DNA of 64,000 nucleotides from an uncultured Ignavibacteria bacterium (GTDB lineage: Bacteria; Bacteroidota; Ignavibacteria; Kapaibacteriales; UBA2268), in contig CAKZLY010000003.1 of assembly GCA_937127445.1 (NCBI GenBank), positions 5,100 through 69,099 of the forward strand, read 5' to 3'. The notes under the pieces are model-generated. The model was not told the DNA's origin, made no database searches, and saw only the letters and a program-made list of their open reading frames with translations. This document shows, in pieces, positions 19,295 through 29,575 of the stretch (position 1 is the stretch's first letter; each line of letters begins with the position of its first letter). The position numbers and the translations under genes were made by a program.

Positions 19295-20098
19295 TTATAG
19301 GCGAGACAAGTTTTTGTCTTGTTTAATTGTGCCGACGCGAGCAAGATAATATTTGTTCTCGGCATCAGCAGGATTTTTGTCGGCATCTACAACGAGATAA
19401 ACATTCTGATTGTAGGGGAAATTAGAAATTGATTTCAGCTTTTCATAAATTTCTTGAAAATTGTCTGATGAATCAATTTTTGAGACTATTTCTATTGGAA
19501 TGCAAGCCGGCTCGTTGAACAATGAGTAAGCATAATAATATTTTTTGTTCATTTTGCCAGCAATGTTATGCTTTCCACGTAGAAAACCTTCAATTTTTAC
19601 TTTTGCAAGTCCTAATCCTTCAATTTCCTTTGCAGAGGCGTATGATAAATCTAACAATCTGCGTTGGATGTGGGGACCGCGATCATTAATTCTCACCAAA
19701 GTTGATTTACCATTTGCCAAATTTGTTACTTTCAGGATTGTACCAAATGGCAACTTGCGGTGAGCAGCAGTGTTTTCGAACATATCAAAACGCTCACCTG
19801 ATGATGTGCGTCTTTTGTGGAATTTGTGAGCATAATACGATGATATTCCACTTGTCGAAAACAGATAGAGAGCATTTAAGTTTGTTTCTGATATTATTTC
19901 TCTGTAATCATCTTCATTTTTTTCTACATTTTGTCCTTTTACTTCATCATCGATTTCGATTATATTCCCTTGCGCAACACCCAAAAATTGAATTGAGACC
20001 AATGCGATTAAAGGAATTAAAAGCCATAGAACACTGTAACGGCTTTTGAATAATTTAGAATAACCCATGGAGTTCTTCACTCCTATTTTTTGAAACAT
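19295..20098 (-). CDS. rlpA: RlpA-family (double-psi beta-barrel) protein with a C-terminal SPOR-like domain
   Basis: 267 aa. The DPBB core is SSYYAHKFHKRRTSSGERFD...TAAHRKLPFGTILKVTNLANGKSTLVRINDRGP. The start could instead be the internal Met at 20068. Confidence 0.8.
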   Translation of the reverse strand: MFQKIGVKNSMGYSKLFKSRYSVLWLLIPLIALVSIQFLGVAQGNIIEIDDEVKGQNVEKNEDDYREIISETNLNALYLFSTSGISSYYAHKFHKRRTSSGERFDMFENTAAHRKLPFGTILKVTNLANGKSTLVRINDRGPHIQRRLLDLSYASAKEIEGLGLAKVKIEGFLRGKHNIAGKMNKKYYYAYSLFNEPACIPIEIVSKIDSSDNFQEIYEKLKSISNFPYNQNVYLVVDADKNPADAENKYYLARVGTIKQDKNLSRL

Positions 20099-20449
20099 AC
20101 CTTTCTTAGAAGCGTTTTAGCTTCTAAAACTTCCCCCCTTGATTAATCCTCTAATTGTTTAACATAATTTTTATAGTTTTGTAAATTTCAAAATCAATAT
20201 AACGATATTTATTTTAATTAATTGTAAAAATTATTCAAAAAAATTAAATTTCACACTGCAATAAAATTACTAACCCTCGAAAATTATTATATATTGTATA
20301 TTTTGAGAAAATGAAAAAATGATTAAAAATAAATCATTTTTTGTTTTTTAACAATAAAAGTGCTTTTGATTAGGAAAATATTTTTTAATGAGAATATTTA
20401 AACTACATTCATAAATCGCGTAGGCTTGTTAGAACTGCATGTAAGTTGA

Positions 20450-20487
20450 ACAAAAAACAACAGGCTATCTTGTTATCAAGACAGCCT
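20450..20487 (-). terminator. rho-independent terminator downstream of glyA
   Basis: An 11-bp stem (aggctatcttg / caagacagcct) has one mismatch and a 4-nt loop. On the minus strand it is followed by GTTGTTTTTTG. Confidence 0.7.
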
Positions 20488-20511
20488 CTTTCAATTATCT
20501 ATTAAGAAATA

Positions 20512-21813
20512 TTACTTTAATATTTTTTGATGTAGTGGGAATTTTGATGTAAATTGACGAACTTCTTCGGCAACTTGCTTATGTATTTTCTCGTCGTCGA
20601 TATTGGAAAGGACTTTATCTATCAATTCAGCAACATATCTAAAGTCATCTTCCTTAAAGCCGCGAGTTGTCAGGGCTGGGGTGCCAAGTCGAATGCCTGA
20701 AGTAATAAGAGGAGATTTATCATCGAATGGGACAGAATTTTTGTTGCAGGTAATACCGGCTTCGTCGAGGGCGAGTTGAGCTTGCTTCCCAGTCAGTCCC
20801 TTATTACGCAAATCCACAAGCATAAGGTGGTTGTCAGTTCCGCCACTTACTAAATTGTAGCCGCGTTTCATAAGCTCTTCGGCAAAAACTTTTGCATTTT
20901 TAAGGACTTGCTGGATATATAAATCGAATTCTTCCGATAGGCATTCGCCGAAAGCAACTGCTTTTGCAGCAATTACGTGCATAAGTGGCCCCCCTTGAAC
21001 ACCGGGCATAACCCACGAATCAATAATTTCGCTCATCATCTTTGTGCGACCAGACTTAGGAGCAACTATACCGAAAGGATTTTCGAAATCTTTGCCCATT
21101 AAAATCAGACCGCCACGGGGACCGCGAAGGGTTTTGTGAGTTGTAGATGCTACTACGTGGCAATGAGGAATTGGGCTTGTCAGATAGCCTTTTGCAATAA
21201 TTCCGGCGGGGTGAGCAATATCCGCGAACAAGAAAGCACCTACCATATCGGCGATTTCGCGGAATTTTTTAAAATCGATGTCGCGTGGATAAGCAGAGGC
21301 TCCCACAGTGATTAATTTTGGTTTATGCTGACGTGCAAGGCTTTCGACCTTGTCGTAGTCTATACATCCGGTTTTTTCGTCAACTTCGTAAGGAACAAAA
21401 TTGAAGAAGCGGCCAGAGAAATTAACAGGTGAGCCGTGTGTTAGATGTCCGCCGTGAGCAAGGCTAAGCCCCATAACTGTATCGCCTGGCTTTATAAATG
21501 AGTAATAAACCGCCATATTTGCATTAGAACCGCTATGGGGTTGAACATTAGCATATTCAGCACCGAACAATTTTTTCAGTCGGTCGCGAGCAATATTTTC
21601 GGCAACATCTACCCATTCACAACCACCATAGTAGCGATTTCCCGGGTAACCTTCCGCATATTTATTAGTGAGGACAGAACCTTGAGCTTGCATTACAGCA
21701 TCGGAAACGAAATTTTCGCTAGCAATAAGTTCCAATTTTTCTGATTGACGCTGATACTCATTTTTCAGAGCTTCCCAAAGTTCTAAATCTTGTTGTTTGA
21801 CTATATCGTACAT
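20512..21813 (-). CDS. glyA: serine hydroxymethyltransferase
   Basis: 433 aa. The PLP-lysine motif [12 protein letters not shown] is present and SHMT similarity runs the full length. Confidence 0.95.
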   Translation of the reverse strand: MYDIVKQQDLELWEALKNEYQRQSEKLELIASENFVSDAVMQAQGSVLTNKYAEGYPGNRYYGGCEWVDVAENIARDRLKKLFGAEYANVQPHSGSNANMAVYYSFIKPGDTVMGLSLAHGGHLTHGSPVNFSGRFFNFVPYEVDEKTGCIDYDKVESLARQHKPKLITVGASAYPRDIDFKKFREIADMVGAFLFADIAHPAGIIAKGYLTSPIPHCHVVASTTHKTLRGPRGGLILMGKDFENPFGIVAPKSGRTKMMSEIIDSWVMPGVQGGPLMHVIAAKAVAFGECLSEEFDLYIQQVLKNAKVFAEELMKRGYNLVSGGTDNHLMLVDLRNKGLTGKQAQLALDEAGITCNKNSVPFDDKSPLITSGIRLGTPALTTRGFKEDDFRYVAELIDKVLSNIDDEKIHKQVAEEVRQFTSKFPLHQKILK

Positions 21814-21882
21814 TTCAAACCCTTTTTTATTTTGTAAAAATAAAGTTTTGTAAAATTAATGAATATTATTTGAAAATTGAAT

Positions 21883-22836
21883 TTATTTATTCAATAAATT
21901 ATGTTCTTCAATTAGATCTCTGCATTTGAGTTCATCTTTTTCAATTTGGTATGAAAGTTCATCGATGTTTTTAAATTTTTTTTCTTCTCTAATGAAATAA
22001 TGGAAATTAACAGCAATTTCTCTATCGTACAAGTCATCAGAAAAATCGAAGAAATTGACTTCAAGAGTGGGTTTGGTATCGACTGTAACGGTTGGTCGGG
22101 TACCAATATTTGCCATACCGAAAAGTGTATTGCCATCAATTTCGGAAGAAACTAAATACACACCGTTGCCGGGAAGCAATTTATAGGTATCGTGAGGTTT
22201 GATATTTGCAGTAGGGTAGCCGATGGTAGCGCCACGCCCATTACCGTGGACAACTTTTCCACGAACAATGTAAGGATAGCCAAGGTATTTATTTGCTGTT
22301 GCGACGCCGGCTTCGACCAATAAATGGCGAATTTTTGTGCTTGAGACGACTATATCATCTTCAACATAATCTTCAACTTTTTCTATTTCAAAATCATATT
22401 TTTTTGAATATTCTTTCAAAAGTTCGTAAGAGCCCTGACGATTGTGCCCAAAAAAATGTTCGCGTCCCATCAGGAATTTTTTCAAACCGATTTTATCAAC
22501 TAAATAATTTTTTATAAATTCTTCGGGAGTAGTTTGGGAAAATTCATAAGTAAAGTGAATAATGAAAACGTTTTCAACACCGAACTTCTGAAATAAATTT
22601 AATCGCTCTTTTATTGAGGTCAATAGTTGGATTTTAGGTTTATCATTATTTTGAAGGACAATGCGCGGATGAGGGTCCATTGTTATAATAATTGGTCTTA
22701 AATTATCTTGTCGAGCTATTTCGTTAAGCCTGTTAATAATCTTTTGATGACCTTTGTGAACTCCATCAAAAGTCCCCAGCGAAATAATTGTATTTTTATT
22801 ATATTCGATTTCGCTAATATCTCTGTAAATAATCAT
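21883..22836 (-). CDS. ribF: bifunctional riboflavin kinase / FAD synthetase
   Basis: 317 aa. The N-terminal nucleotidyltransferase motif is GTFDGVHKGH. The C-terminal kinase region reads GRGATIGYPTANI...RPT. Confidence 0.9.
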   Translation of the reverse strand: MIIYRDISEIEYNKNTIISLGTFDGVHKGHQKIINRLNEIARQDNLRPIIITMDPHPRIVLQNNDKPKIQLLTSIKERLNLFQKFGVENVFIIHFTYEFSQTTPEEFIKNYLVDKIGLKKFLMGREHFFGHNRQGSYELLKEYSKKYDFEIEKVEDYVEDDIVVSSTKIRHLLVEAGVATANKYLGYPYIVRGKVVHGNGRGATIGYPTANIKPHDTYKLLPGNGVYLVSSEIDGNTLFGMANIGTRPTVTVDTKPTLEVNFFDFSDDLYDREIAVNFHYFIREEKKFKNIDELSYQIEKDELKCRDLIEEHNLLNK

Positions 22837-23552
22837 AATTTACCTGAATTTACTAAATCTACAATATCATAAATTTTCAATGCCTTTTCGACATCAAAAT
22901 CGCCTATTTTGGTTCGGCGAAGGTTCGACAGATACGCTCCACAACCAATTTCATGTCCCAAATCGCGAGCCAAAGAACGTATATATGTTCCTTTGGAACA
23001 GGATATTTTTAATTTAACAAAAGGATTTGAAAAATTCAAGATTTCAATTGAATATATTTTGACTTTGGATGGGGAGATTTCTACTGATTTATTTTTACGA
23101 GCAAGTTCGTATAATTTTTTTCCTTGTACTTTTTTAGCAGAGAACATTGGTGGTATCTGTAAAATTTCTCCAAGAAACAATTTAGACTTTTCAGTAATTA
23201 TCTCTTCACTGAGAAAAGATGTGTTCCTGGGATTTTCTTCGGGAGCTTCGGCGTCGTCGGTGCGAGTTGTGGCACCGAATTTAACTTCTGCAATATACTC
23301 TTTTGGTTGGTTCTGAAATTGCTCGATTGCCTTGGTGGCTTTGCCGAGGCAAAGGATAAGCAAACCGGTAGCGAGTGGATCGAGAGTGCCAGTGTGTCCA
23401 ATTTTTTTGATTTTAAGTAAATTTCTAATTTTTGCGACAACATCGAAAGAGGTCCAGCCTCTTTCTTTATCAATTAAGATGGTTGCACCCTCAGTATTGG
23501 CAAGGTGCAACCATAAATTAAACTCATTTATGTTAGTATTATCAAGGAGCAT
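22833..23552 (-). CDS. truB: tRNA pseudouridine(55) synthase
   Basis: 239 aa with the catalytic-Asp motif GHTGTLDPLATGLL. It shows 4-nt overlap coupling to ribF. Confidence 0.9.
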   Translation of the reverse strand: MLLDNTNINEFNLWLHLANTEGATILIDKERGWTSFDVVAKIRNLLKIKKIGHTGTLDPLATGLLILCLGKATKAIEQFQNQPKEYIAEVKFGATTRTDDAEAPEENPRNTSFLSEEIITEKSKLFLGEILQIPPMFSAKKVQGKKLYELARKNKSVEISPSKVKIYSIEILNFSNPFVKLKISCSKGTYIRSLARDLGHEIGCGAYLSNLRRTKIGDFDVEKALKIYDIVDLVNSGKL

Positions 23553-23559
23553 AAAACGA

Positions 23560-23925
23560 CTATTTGTTTTCTTTTAATTTTGCATCTTCTTCTTTGGCTT
23601 TTTTAAGAAGTTGCTGAATATGCTCCATTTGGTCGATAGTATCGTCTAAGAAAAACTTCAAATCGGGAATAGTTTTAAGCCGAACACTATGAGCAACGAT
23701 ACCGCGAAGCTCGTATTTTTCTTCTTCGAGCATTTGAAGGAACCTGGCAGGAGAGATTTTGCCACCGTAAATACTGATATATACCTTGGCAAGTGTTAAA
23801 TCAGGCGAAAACCTTACAGTAGTAACAGTAGCAATACCAGCGTTTTGCTCACGGGCAAAATCGCTAATTGGTTGAGATAATGCTCTTTTTACAATACTTG
23901 CTACTTTTTCAGCTCTTATAGACAT
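23560..23925 (-). CDS. rbfA: ribosome-binding factor A
   Basis: 121 aa (RAEKVASIVKRALSQ...VTTVRFSPDLTLAKVYIS). It sits in the conserved position between infB and truB. Confidence 0.85.
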   Translation of the reverse strand: MSIRAEKVASIVKRALSQPISDFAREQNAGIATVTTVRFSPDLTLAKVYISIYGGKISPARFLQMLEEEKYELRGIVAHSVRLKTIPDLKFFLDDTIDQMEHIQQLLKKAKEEDAKLKENK

Positions 23926-23950
23926 AATTTGCTTTTTTTAAAATAATAAA

Positions 23951-26842
23951 TCATAGAGTACGCCGAATTTCAACTAATTTATATCCTTGAATAATATCGC
24001 CGTCTTGAATATCATTAAATCCATCGAGTTGAATTCCACACTCATAAGAGGTATCAACTTCTTTGACGTCATCTTTATTACGTTTGAGCGAAGCAATGGT
24101 ACCGTTAAAAATTGGTAGTCCGTTTCTGAGAACTTTCACACGGTCGTTTCTACTAATTTTGCCATTGAGGACATAGCAACCAGCTATAGTACCGATACGG
24201 CTAATTTTGAAAATTCTTCTAACTTCAACCTCAGCTGTAACTTCTTCTTTAATTTCTGGTTTGAGAAGACCTTCGAGAGCCATCTGAACTTCATTGATAC
24301 AATCATAAATTATGTTATACAGTCTAATATCAATTTTCTCGTTGTCTGCTAAGCGTCTTGCAGCTGAGGAAGGCGACACATTAAATCCAATAATAATTGC
24401 TTGCGAAGCTGCTGCGAGCATAACATCGGATTCGGAAATTTCTCCAACACCTTGATGCAATATATTGACACGCACTTCATCGGTAGAAAGTTTGAGAAGA
24501 GAGTCGCTGATTGCTTCCACTGAACCGCCGACATCACCTTTGATGATAAGGTTAAGTTCCTGAACACTTCCAAGTTTGATACGAGAAGAAATTTCATCAA
24601 GCGAAAGGTGGCGGACGCGTCTCATTTCTTGCTCACGTTTGAGTTGCTTACGTTCGTTAGAAATACTACGAGCTTCTGCTTCGCTATCAACTACGAAGAA
24701 ATTATCACCTGCTTCGGGCAAGCCATCGAATCCCATAACACGAACAGGCACAGCAGGAGTAGCAACGTCCATTTTATTGCCGCGTTCATCTTGCATAGCG
24801 CGGACACGCCCGTGGTGAATACCCGAAACAAAAGGATCTCCTATTTTCAAAGTACCTTTTTGAACAATTATTGTAGCAACGGGACCGAGCCCTTTACTTA
24901 CGTTCGATTCAATAACAACACCTTTAGCTTTTCTATTAGGATTAGCTTTCAAGTCTAAAATATCAGCTTCGAGCAAGATTTTTTCGAGTAGTTCCTCTAT
25001 ATTAATACCTTTCTTAGCAGAAATTTCGACGTGCTGATATTTTCCACCCCATTCTTCAATAAGGACACCGTGATCAGCAAGTTGTTGTTTGATTCTATCA
25101 GGGTTAGCGTCGGGTTTGTCAATTTTATTGATAGCGACAATCATCGGCACGCCGGCAGCTTTTGCGTGGCTAATTGCTTCGATTGTTTGTGGCATCACAC
25201 TATCGTCGGCAGCAACAACAAGAATAACAATATCAGTAACCTGAGCACCGCGTGCACGCATAGCGGTAAATGCCTCGTGTCCAGGTGTATCGAGGAAAGT
25301 AATTTCTCGACCATTTGGTAAAGTAACTTTGTATGCACCGATATGCTGAGTGATACCACCAGCTTCGCCAGCAACAACGTTCGAACGGCGAATATAGTCG
25401 AGAAGTGAAGTTTTTCCGTGGTCAACGTGTCCCATTATTGTTACGATAGGCGGACGTGGAACAAGCGATTCTGGTGGGTCAATATCTTCTTCTTCTACTT
25501 GAACTTTTTGAGTATCAACAAATTCGACTTCGTAACCATAATCGTCAGCGATTAAAGTAATAGTGTCTTTATCTAAACGTTGATTGATTGTAACCATTAA
25601 TCCCAGCGACATACATTTTAAGATAATTTCGTTAGGCGATTTGCCCATCATATTTGCGAGGTCACCGGTGGTAACGAATTCGGTAATTCTTAAAATATGA
25701 CTTTCGCGTTCAATTTCTTCAATTTGGCGAATTTCTTTTTCTTTGCGTTCTTGCTTTTTTTTCTGGCGAATGCGCTCACGCATAGAACCTGTATGAGGTT
25801 CCATTCCTGCGTAGGTTTCGCGGATTGCGCGCATTACTTCTTCTTCGGAAATGGTTTCGCGGATAGATTTCTTCTTTTTCTTACGTTTTTTATCTTTTAC
25901 TTTACCCAATTTTTCTTCTGCATCGGGGTCGAAGTCTTTTATTTTTTTCTTGAATTTATCTTTTTTAATCTCAACTTTCGAAGCATCTAGTTTTTCAATA
26001 GGTTCATCTGTTTCGATGAACTTATCTTTAATTTTTTTCTTATCTTTCTGTTTTTCAAATGGTTTTTCGGGTGCAATATCGATTTTGCCTAAAATTTTCA
26101 ACCCCGAAGGTTTTTGAGTTTGGTCGATAACTTCTATTATCTTTTTCTTTTTCTTACGTTTTTTATCTTTTTTAGCTATTGGTTCTGCCTGAATATTTTC
26201 TTTCAATGTCTCCTGTTTTTGCTTTTCCTGGACTTTATTTATTGTTTCAGAAGGTTCGCTGATAATTTCAATGGGTTCAGGTGTCTGAGGAAGTTTTACA
26301 CCAGCGATTGATTTTTCCTCAATAACAGGGAAATGTTCCTCTACTTTTTCTTGTTTGGTTTGAGGTCCGTGGTATTCGGCAACAATTGGAATTGGCTTTT
26401 CTTCTTTAATTTCTGGTTCGATTATAGGCGCGATTTCAGGTGTTTCTTCAACTTTAACAGTTTCTGGTTCAACTTTTTGTAGTTCAACAACTTTTTCCTT
26501 AACCTCTGTTTCAGTTTTATCAATATCTTTGGCGACAGGTTTTACAAGTTCCTCGACAACAGGGATTTCTTCAACTTTAGCAGAAATATCAATTTTTGCT
26601 TTTGGCTGAATTTGTTTGTGAATTTCTTTGTGTTTTTGGAGTTTTTCACGTTGTTTTTCGGCAGCTTTCTTTTCGCGTTTAAATTTATCATAAACAAGTT
26701 CTGCCATTTCTTCGGTCAGAGTGGCAGTTGGCTTGTTGTCAATATCAAAACCTTTGGCACGGAGAAATTCAACAATTGTCTCACGTCCAATATTAATTTC
26801 GGAGGCAATTTTAATTAATCTTATTTTATTTGATTCAGCCAT
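23951..26842 (-). CDS. infB: translation initiation factor IF-2
   Basis: 963 aa. GTPase motifs are [20 protein letters not shown] and NKID. The N-terminal region is long, K/E-rich and low in complexity. Confidence 0.95.
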   Translation of the reverse strand: MAESNKIRLIKIASEINIGRETIVEFLRAKGFDIDNKPTATLTEEMAELVYDKFKREKKAAEKQREKLQKHKEIHKQIQPKAKIDISAKVEEIPVVEELVKPVAKDIDKTETEVKEKVVELQKVEPETVKVEETPEIAPIIEPEIKEEKPIPIVAEYHGPQTKQEKVEEHFPVIEEKSIAGVKLPQTPEPIEIISEPSETINKVQEKQKQETLKENIQAEPIAKKDKKRKKKKKIIEVIDQTQKPSGLKILGKIDIAPEKPFEKQKDKKKIKDKFIETDEPIEKLDASKVEIKKDKFKKKIKDFDPDAEEKLGKVKDKKRKKKKKSIRETISEEEVMRAIRETYAGMEPHTGSMRERIRQKKKQERKEKEIRQIEEIERESHILRITEFVTTGDLANMMGKSPNEIILKCMSLGLMVTINQRLDKDTITLIADDYGYEVEFVDTQKVQVEEEDIDPPESLVPRPPIVTIMGHVDHGKTSLLDYIRRSNVVAGEAGGITQHIGAYKVTLPNGREITFLDTPGHEAFTAMRARGAQVTDIVILVVAADDSVMPQTIEAISHAKAAGVPMIVAINKIDKPDANPDRIKQQLADHGVLIEEWGGKYQHVEISAKKGINIEELLEKILLEADILDLKANPNRKAKGVVIESNVSKGLGPVATIIVQKGTLKIGDPFVSGIHHGRVRAMQDERGNKMDVATPAVPVRVMGFDGLPEAGDNFFVVDSEAEARSISNERKQLKREQEMRRVRHLSLDEISSRIKLGSVQELNLIIKGDVGGSVEAISDSLLKLSTDEVRVNILHQGVGEISESDVMLAAASQAIIIGFNVSPSSAARRLADNEKIDIRLYNIIYDCINEVQMALEGLLKPEIKEEVTAEVEVRRIFKISRIGTIAGCYVLNGKISRNDRVKVLRNGLPIFNGTIASLKRNKDDVKEVDTSYECGIQLDGFNDIQDGDIIQGYKLVEIRRTL

Positions 26843-26866
26843 AATAAAGCAAAAATATTAAACAAA

Positions 26867-28192
26867 CTATTTTTCAAAAATCTTCTTCGACAAGAAAGTA
26901 ATTACTTCTGGACGTTCTTCTTCGTCGAATTCAGTTAAAATGATTTTACGATAATCCATCAGGCTTTTCGGAGAAAGGCCTTCGATTTCGAGCAATTTAT
27001 TGAGGTCAGCATCGAGAAACTCTCGAGCTGTGGTAATTCCCATTTCTTTTAATTTTTCAATAAGCTCGTCGCCAAATTCAACTTTGAATTCGACCAAATC
27101 AATATCTTCGCCACCTTCTTTGACGAGCTGGATATTAAATCCAGTAAGTTTGGAAGCAAGGCGAACATTTTGTCCATTTTTACCGATGGCAAGCGAAACC
27201 TGGTCGTCTGCAACAAGCACGGTGGCAGTTCGTGTTTCGAAAGAGACTTGAATATCTCGCACTTTTGCAGGAGCAAGAGCACGCATAATGAAGACCTGAG
27301 GATTTTCGGAATATTCGATTAGGTCAATACTTTCGTTGTTAAGTTCTCTAACGATGGAATGTATGCGAACGCCTTTGAGCCCAACACAAGCACCGACGGG
27401 GTCAACTCTATCGTCGTAGGACTGGACAGCGACTTTGGAGCGTTCGCCAGGTTCGCGAGCGATTGCTTTAATTTGAATAACGCCATCGTAAATTTCAGGA
27501 ATTTCAATTTCAAAGAGACGCATTAAAAATTCATCGCAAGCACGAGAGAGAATGATATCAGGTTGCCCACCGGAACCACTGCGGCGGACTTCTTTAATAA
27601 TAGCCTTGATTGGCTGATTCTTTTTGTATCTATACGGTTCATTAGGAATTTGTTCTTCACGAGGCAAACGCATTTCAATTCTATTATGCATAACAAGCAG
27701 GTCGTGGCGACGAATTTGATAAATTTCGCCCACAATAATCTCACCCACACGATTAGCATATTCGGTGTAGATATTGTCTTTTTCAACTTCTCTAATTTTT
27801 TGGTTCAAGTTTTGAGCGGCAAGCGAAATCAGTCTTCGTCCGAAGCTATCGGAAATATTGTCGAGCGTAATTTCTTCGATATATTCATCGCCAATCTCCA
27901 AAGGTTCGTCGGTATACATTTGTGCTTCTTCGAGAGAGATTTGGGTATCGGGATTTTCAACTTCCTCGACAACTTCGCGCATCAGATAGATTTCAATATC
28001 GCCCTTTTCCATATTGACGATAATTTCAAAATTAGCGTCCTGCCCGTATTTTTTACGGACAACCATCGAAAGAGTTTCTTCGAGAATACCTTGGAGGAGG
28101 TCTCTATCGATGTTTTTGGCTTTTGCCATCTCAATAAAAGCATCAACGATAGTCTTTTTGTCTATCTTGTGCTTTGCTTTACGTCTTGCCAT
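26867..28192 (-). CDS. nusA: transcription termination/antitermination factor NusA
   Basis: 441 aa with an S1-like region (GEIIVGEIYQIRRHDLLV) and KH domains (VGACVGLKGVRIHSIVREL, IGKNGQNVRLASKLTG). It lies directly upstream of infB. Confidence 0.95.
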   Translation of the reverse strand: MARRKAKHKIDKKTIVDAFIEMAKAKNIDRDLLQGILEETLSMVVRKKYGQDANFEIIVNMEKGDIEIYLMREVVEEVENPDTQISLEEAQMYTDEPLEIGDEYIEEITLDNISDSFGRRLISLAAQNLNQKIREVEKDNIYTEYANRVGEIIVGEIYQIRRHDLLVMHNRIEMRLPREEQIPNEPYRYKKNQPIKAIIKEVRRSGSGGQPDIILSRACDEFLMRLFEIEIPEIYDGVIQIKAIAREPGERSKVAVQSYDDRVDPVGACVGLKGVRIHSIVRELNNESIDLIEYSENPQVFIMRALAPAKVRDIQVSFETRTATVLVADDQVSLAIGKNGQNVRLASKLTGFNIQLVKEGGEDIDLVEFKVEFGDELIEKLKEMGITTAREFLDADLNKLLEIEGLSPKSLMDYRKIILTEFDEEERPEVITFLSKKIFEK

Positions 28193-28287
28193 TTTTCCTT
28201 GACTGATAATTAGTTTTTTAAAATATTTTTAATATTTATCGTTAAAGTCTATTATAATTGTTTTAAAAATAAATATTATTTTTATAC

Positions 28288-28318
28288 AAAAAATGGGCTT
28301 GAAATTTCCGAAGCCCAT
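28288..28318 (-). promoter_or_regulatory. terminator-like hairpin in the putative nusA leader
   Basis: An 8-bp stem (atgggctt / aagcccat, 4 G:C pairs) closes a 10-nt loop. On the minus strand it is followed by UUUUUUG. It lies about 100 nt upstream of the nusA ATG in a divergent intergenic region. Confidence 0.35.
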
Positions 28319-28403
28319 CTCTTATTGAGATATTCAAAAATAAGTAAAATTATTGATTTTGAAAAATGTTTTTTTTAATTCACTGATAAATCAAGGAGTT
28401 TTT

Positions 28404-29567
28404 ATGGGGTTCAAAAGTATAGATTATTTCAATATTGACGAACTTTTTACAGAAGAGGAGCTTCTCGTAAGAGAATCTATAAGAAAGTTTGTTGATGATG
28501 AAGTGATTCCAATTATTGAGCAATATTATTTCGAAGGGAAATATCCCGAGCATCTTACAGAAAAGCTTGCTGAACTTGGGGTTTTTGGGATTACACTATC
28601 AGAAGAATATGGTGGTGCTGGTGCGAACTATACATCTTATGGGCTCGCAATGCAAGAGCTCGAACGCGGCGATTCGGCGGTTCGTTCATTTGCGTCTGTT
28701 CAAAATTCGCTGGTGATATATCCAATTTCGCGATATGGGACAGAAGAACAGAAACACAAATGGCTTCCTCGTCTTGTTCGAGGCGAAGCAATTGGATGTT
28801 TTGGACTAACTGAACCTGATTTTGGTTCTAATCCAGCGGGGATAATAACAACTGCAAAGAAAATTGACGGTGGATTTTTGTTAAATGGCGCTAAAATGTG
28901 GATTACAAATGGTACTGCGGCAGATGTTGCAGTAGTTTGGGCAAAATTAGACGGCGAAATCCATGGTTTTCTAGTGGAAAAAGGGACAAAAGGTTTTTCT
29001 GCGCCTGAAATGAAAGGCAAACACTCATTGAGGGCTTCGGTTACATCTGAACTAATTTTTGAAGATTGCGAAATACCCGAAGAAAATATTTTGAACGTAG
29101 CAGGATTGCGAGGACCTCTTTCTTGTTTAAATCAGGCTCGCTATGGGATTGCTTGGGGAGCAGTCGGGGCGGCACTTGCAGTATTCCACTCGGCGATTGA
29201 ATATTCGAAATCGCGTATACAATTTGGCAAGCCAATTGCAAAATTTCAAATTACGCAAGAAAAATTAGTATGGATGCTAAATGAAATTACAAAAGCTCAG
29301 CTTGTCTGCTATCGGCTTGGAAGACTTATGGACGAAGGTAGAGCTCGTCCTGAACATATTTCTTTTGCAAAACGCAACAATGTAGATATGGCATTGCAAT
29401 GCGCCCGTATCGCTCGTGAGATTCACGGTGCAAATGGGATTTTGGGCGAATATCCTGTGATGCGACACAGCGCAAATCTTGAATCGGTCAAAACATACGA
29501 AGGAACACACGAAATTCACACATTAATTTTAGGTAGAGATATAACTGGTGAAGATGCTTTTGAATAG
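28404..29567 (+). CDS. acyl-CoA dehydrogenase (glutaryl-CoA dehydrogenase-like)
   Basis: The start is moved to the ATG at 28404, preceded by AAGGAG. ACAD features include GCFGLTEPDFGSNP, WITNG and the C-terminal YEGTHEIHTLILGRDITG. Confidence 0.85.
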   Translation: MGFKSIDYFNIDELFTEEELLVRESIRKFVDDEVIPIIEQYYFEGKYPEHLTEKLAELGVFGITLSEEYGGAGANYTSYGLAMQELERGDSAVRSFASVQNSLVIYPISRYGTEEQKHKWLPRLVRGEAIGCFGLTEPDFGSNPAGIITTAKKIDGGFLLNGAKMWITNGTAADVAVVWAKLDGEIHGFLVEKGTKGFSAPEMKGKHSLRASVTSELIFEDCEIPEENILNVAGLRGPLSCLNQARYGIAWGAVGAALAVFHSAIEYSKSRIQFGKPIAKFQITQEKLVWMLNEITKAQLVCYRLGRLMDEGRARPEHISFAKRNNVDMALQCARIAREIHGANGILGEYPVMRHSANLESVKTYEGTHEIHTLILGRDITGEDAFE

Positions 29568-29575
29568 GAGAAAAA

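Noticed and set aside
27563-28213. A 216-aa plus-strand ORF covering the 5' half of nusA
   Set aside because: It lies entirely antisense to a confidently identified nusA. The product is low-complexity and F/N/I-rich, with no RBS or recognisable motif. It is a shadow ORF typical of AT-rich coding DNA.
28193-28403. A degraded rimP pseudogene upstream of nusA
   Set aside because: No ORF remnant or RimP-like translation appears in any frame of this 211-bp, very AT-rich spacer. rimP is simply not at this position.
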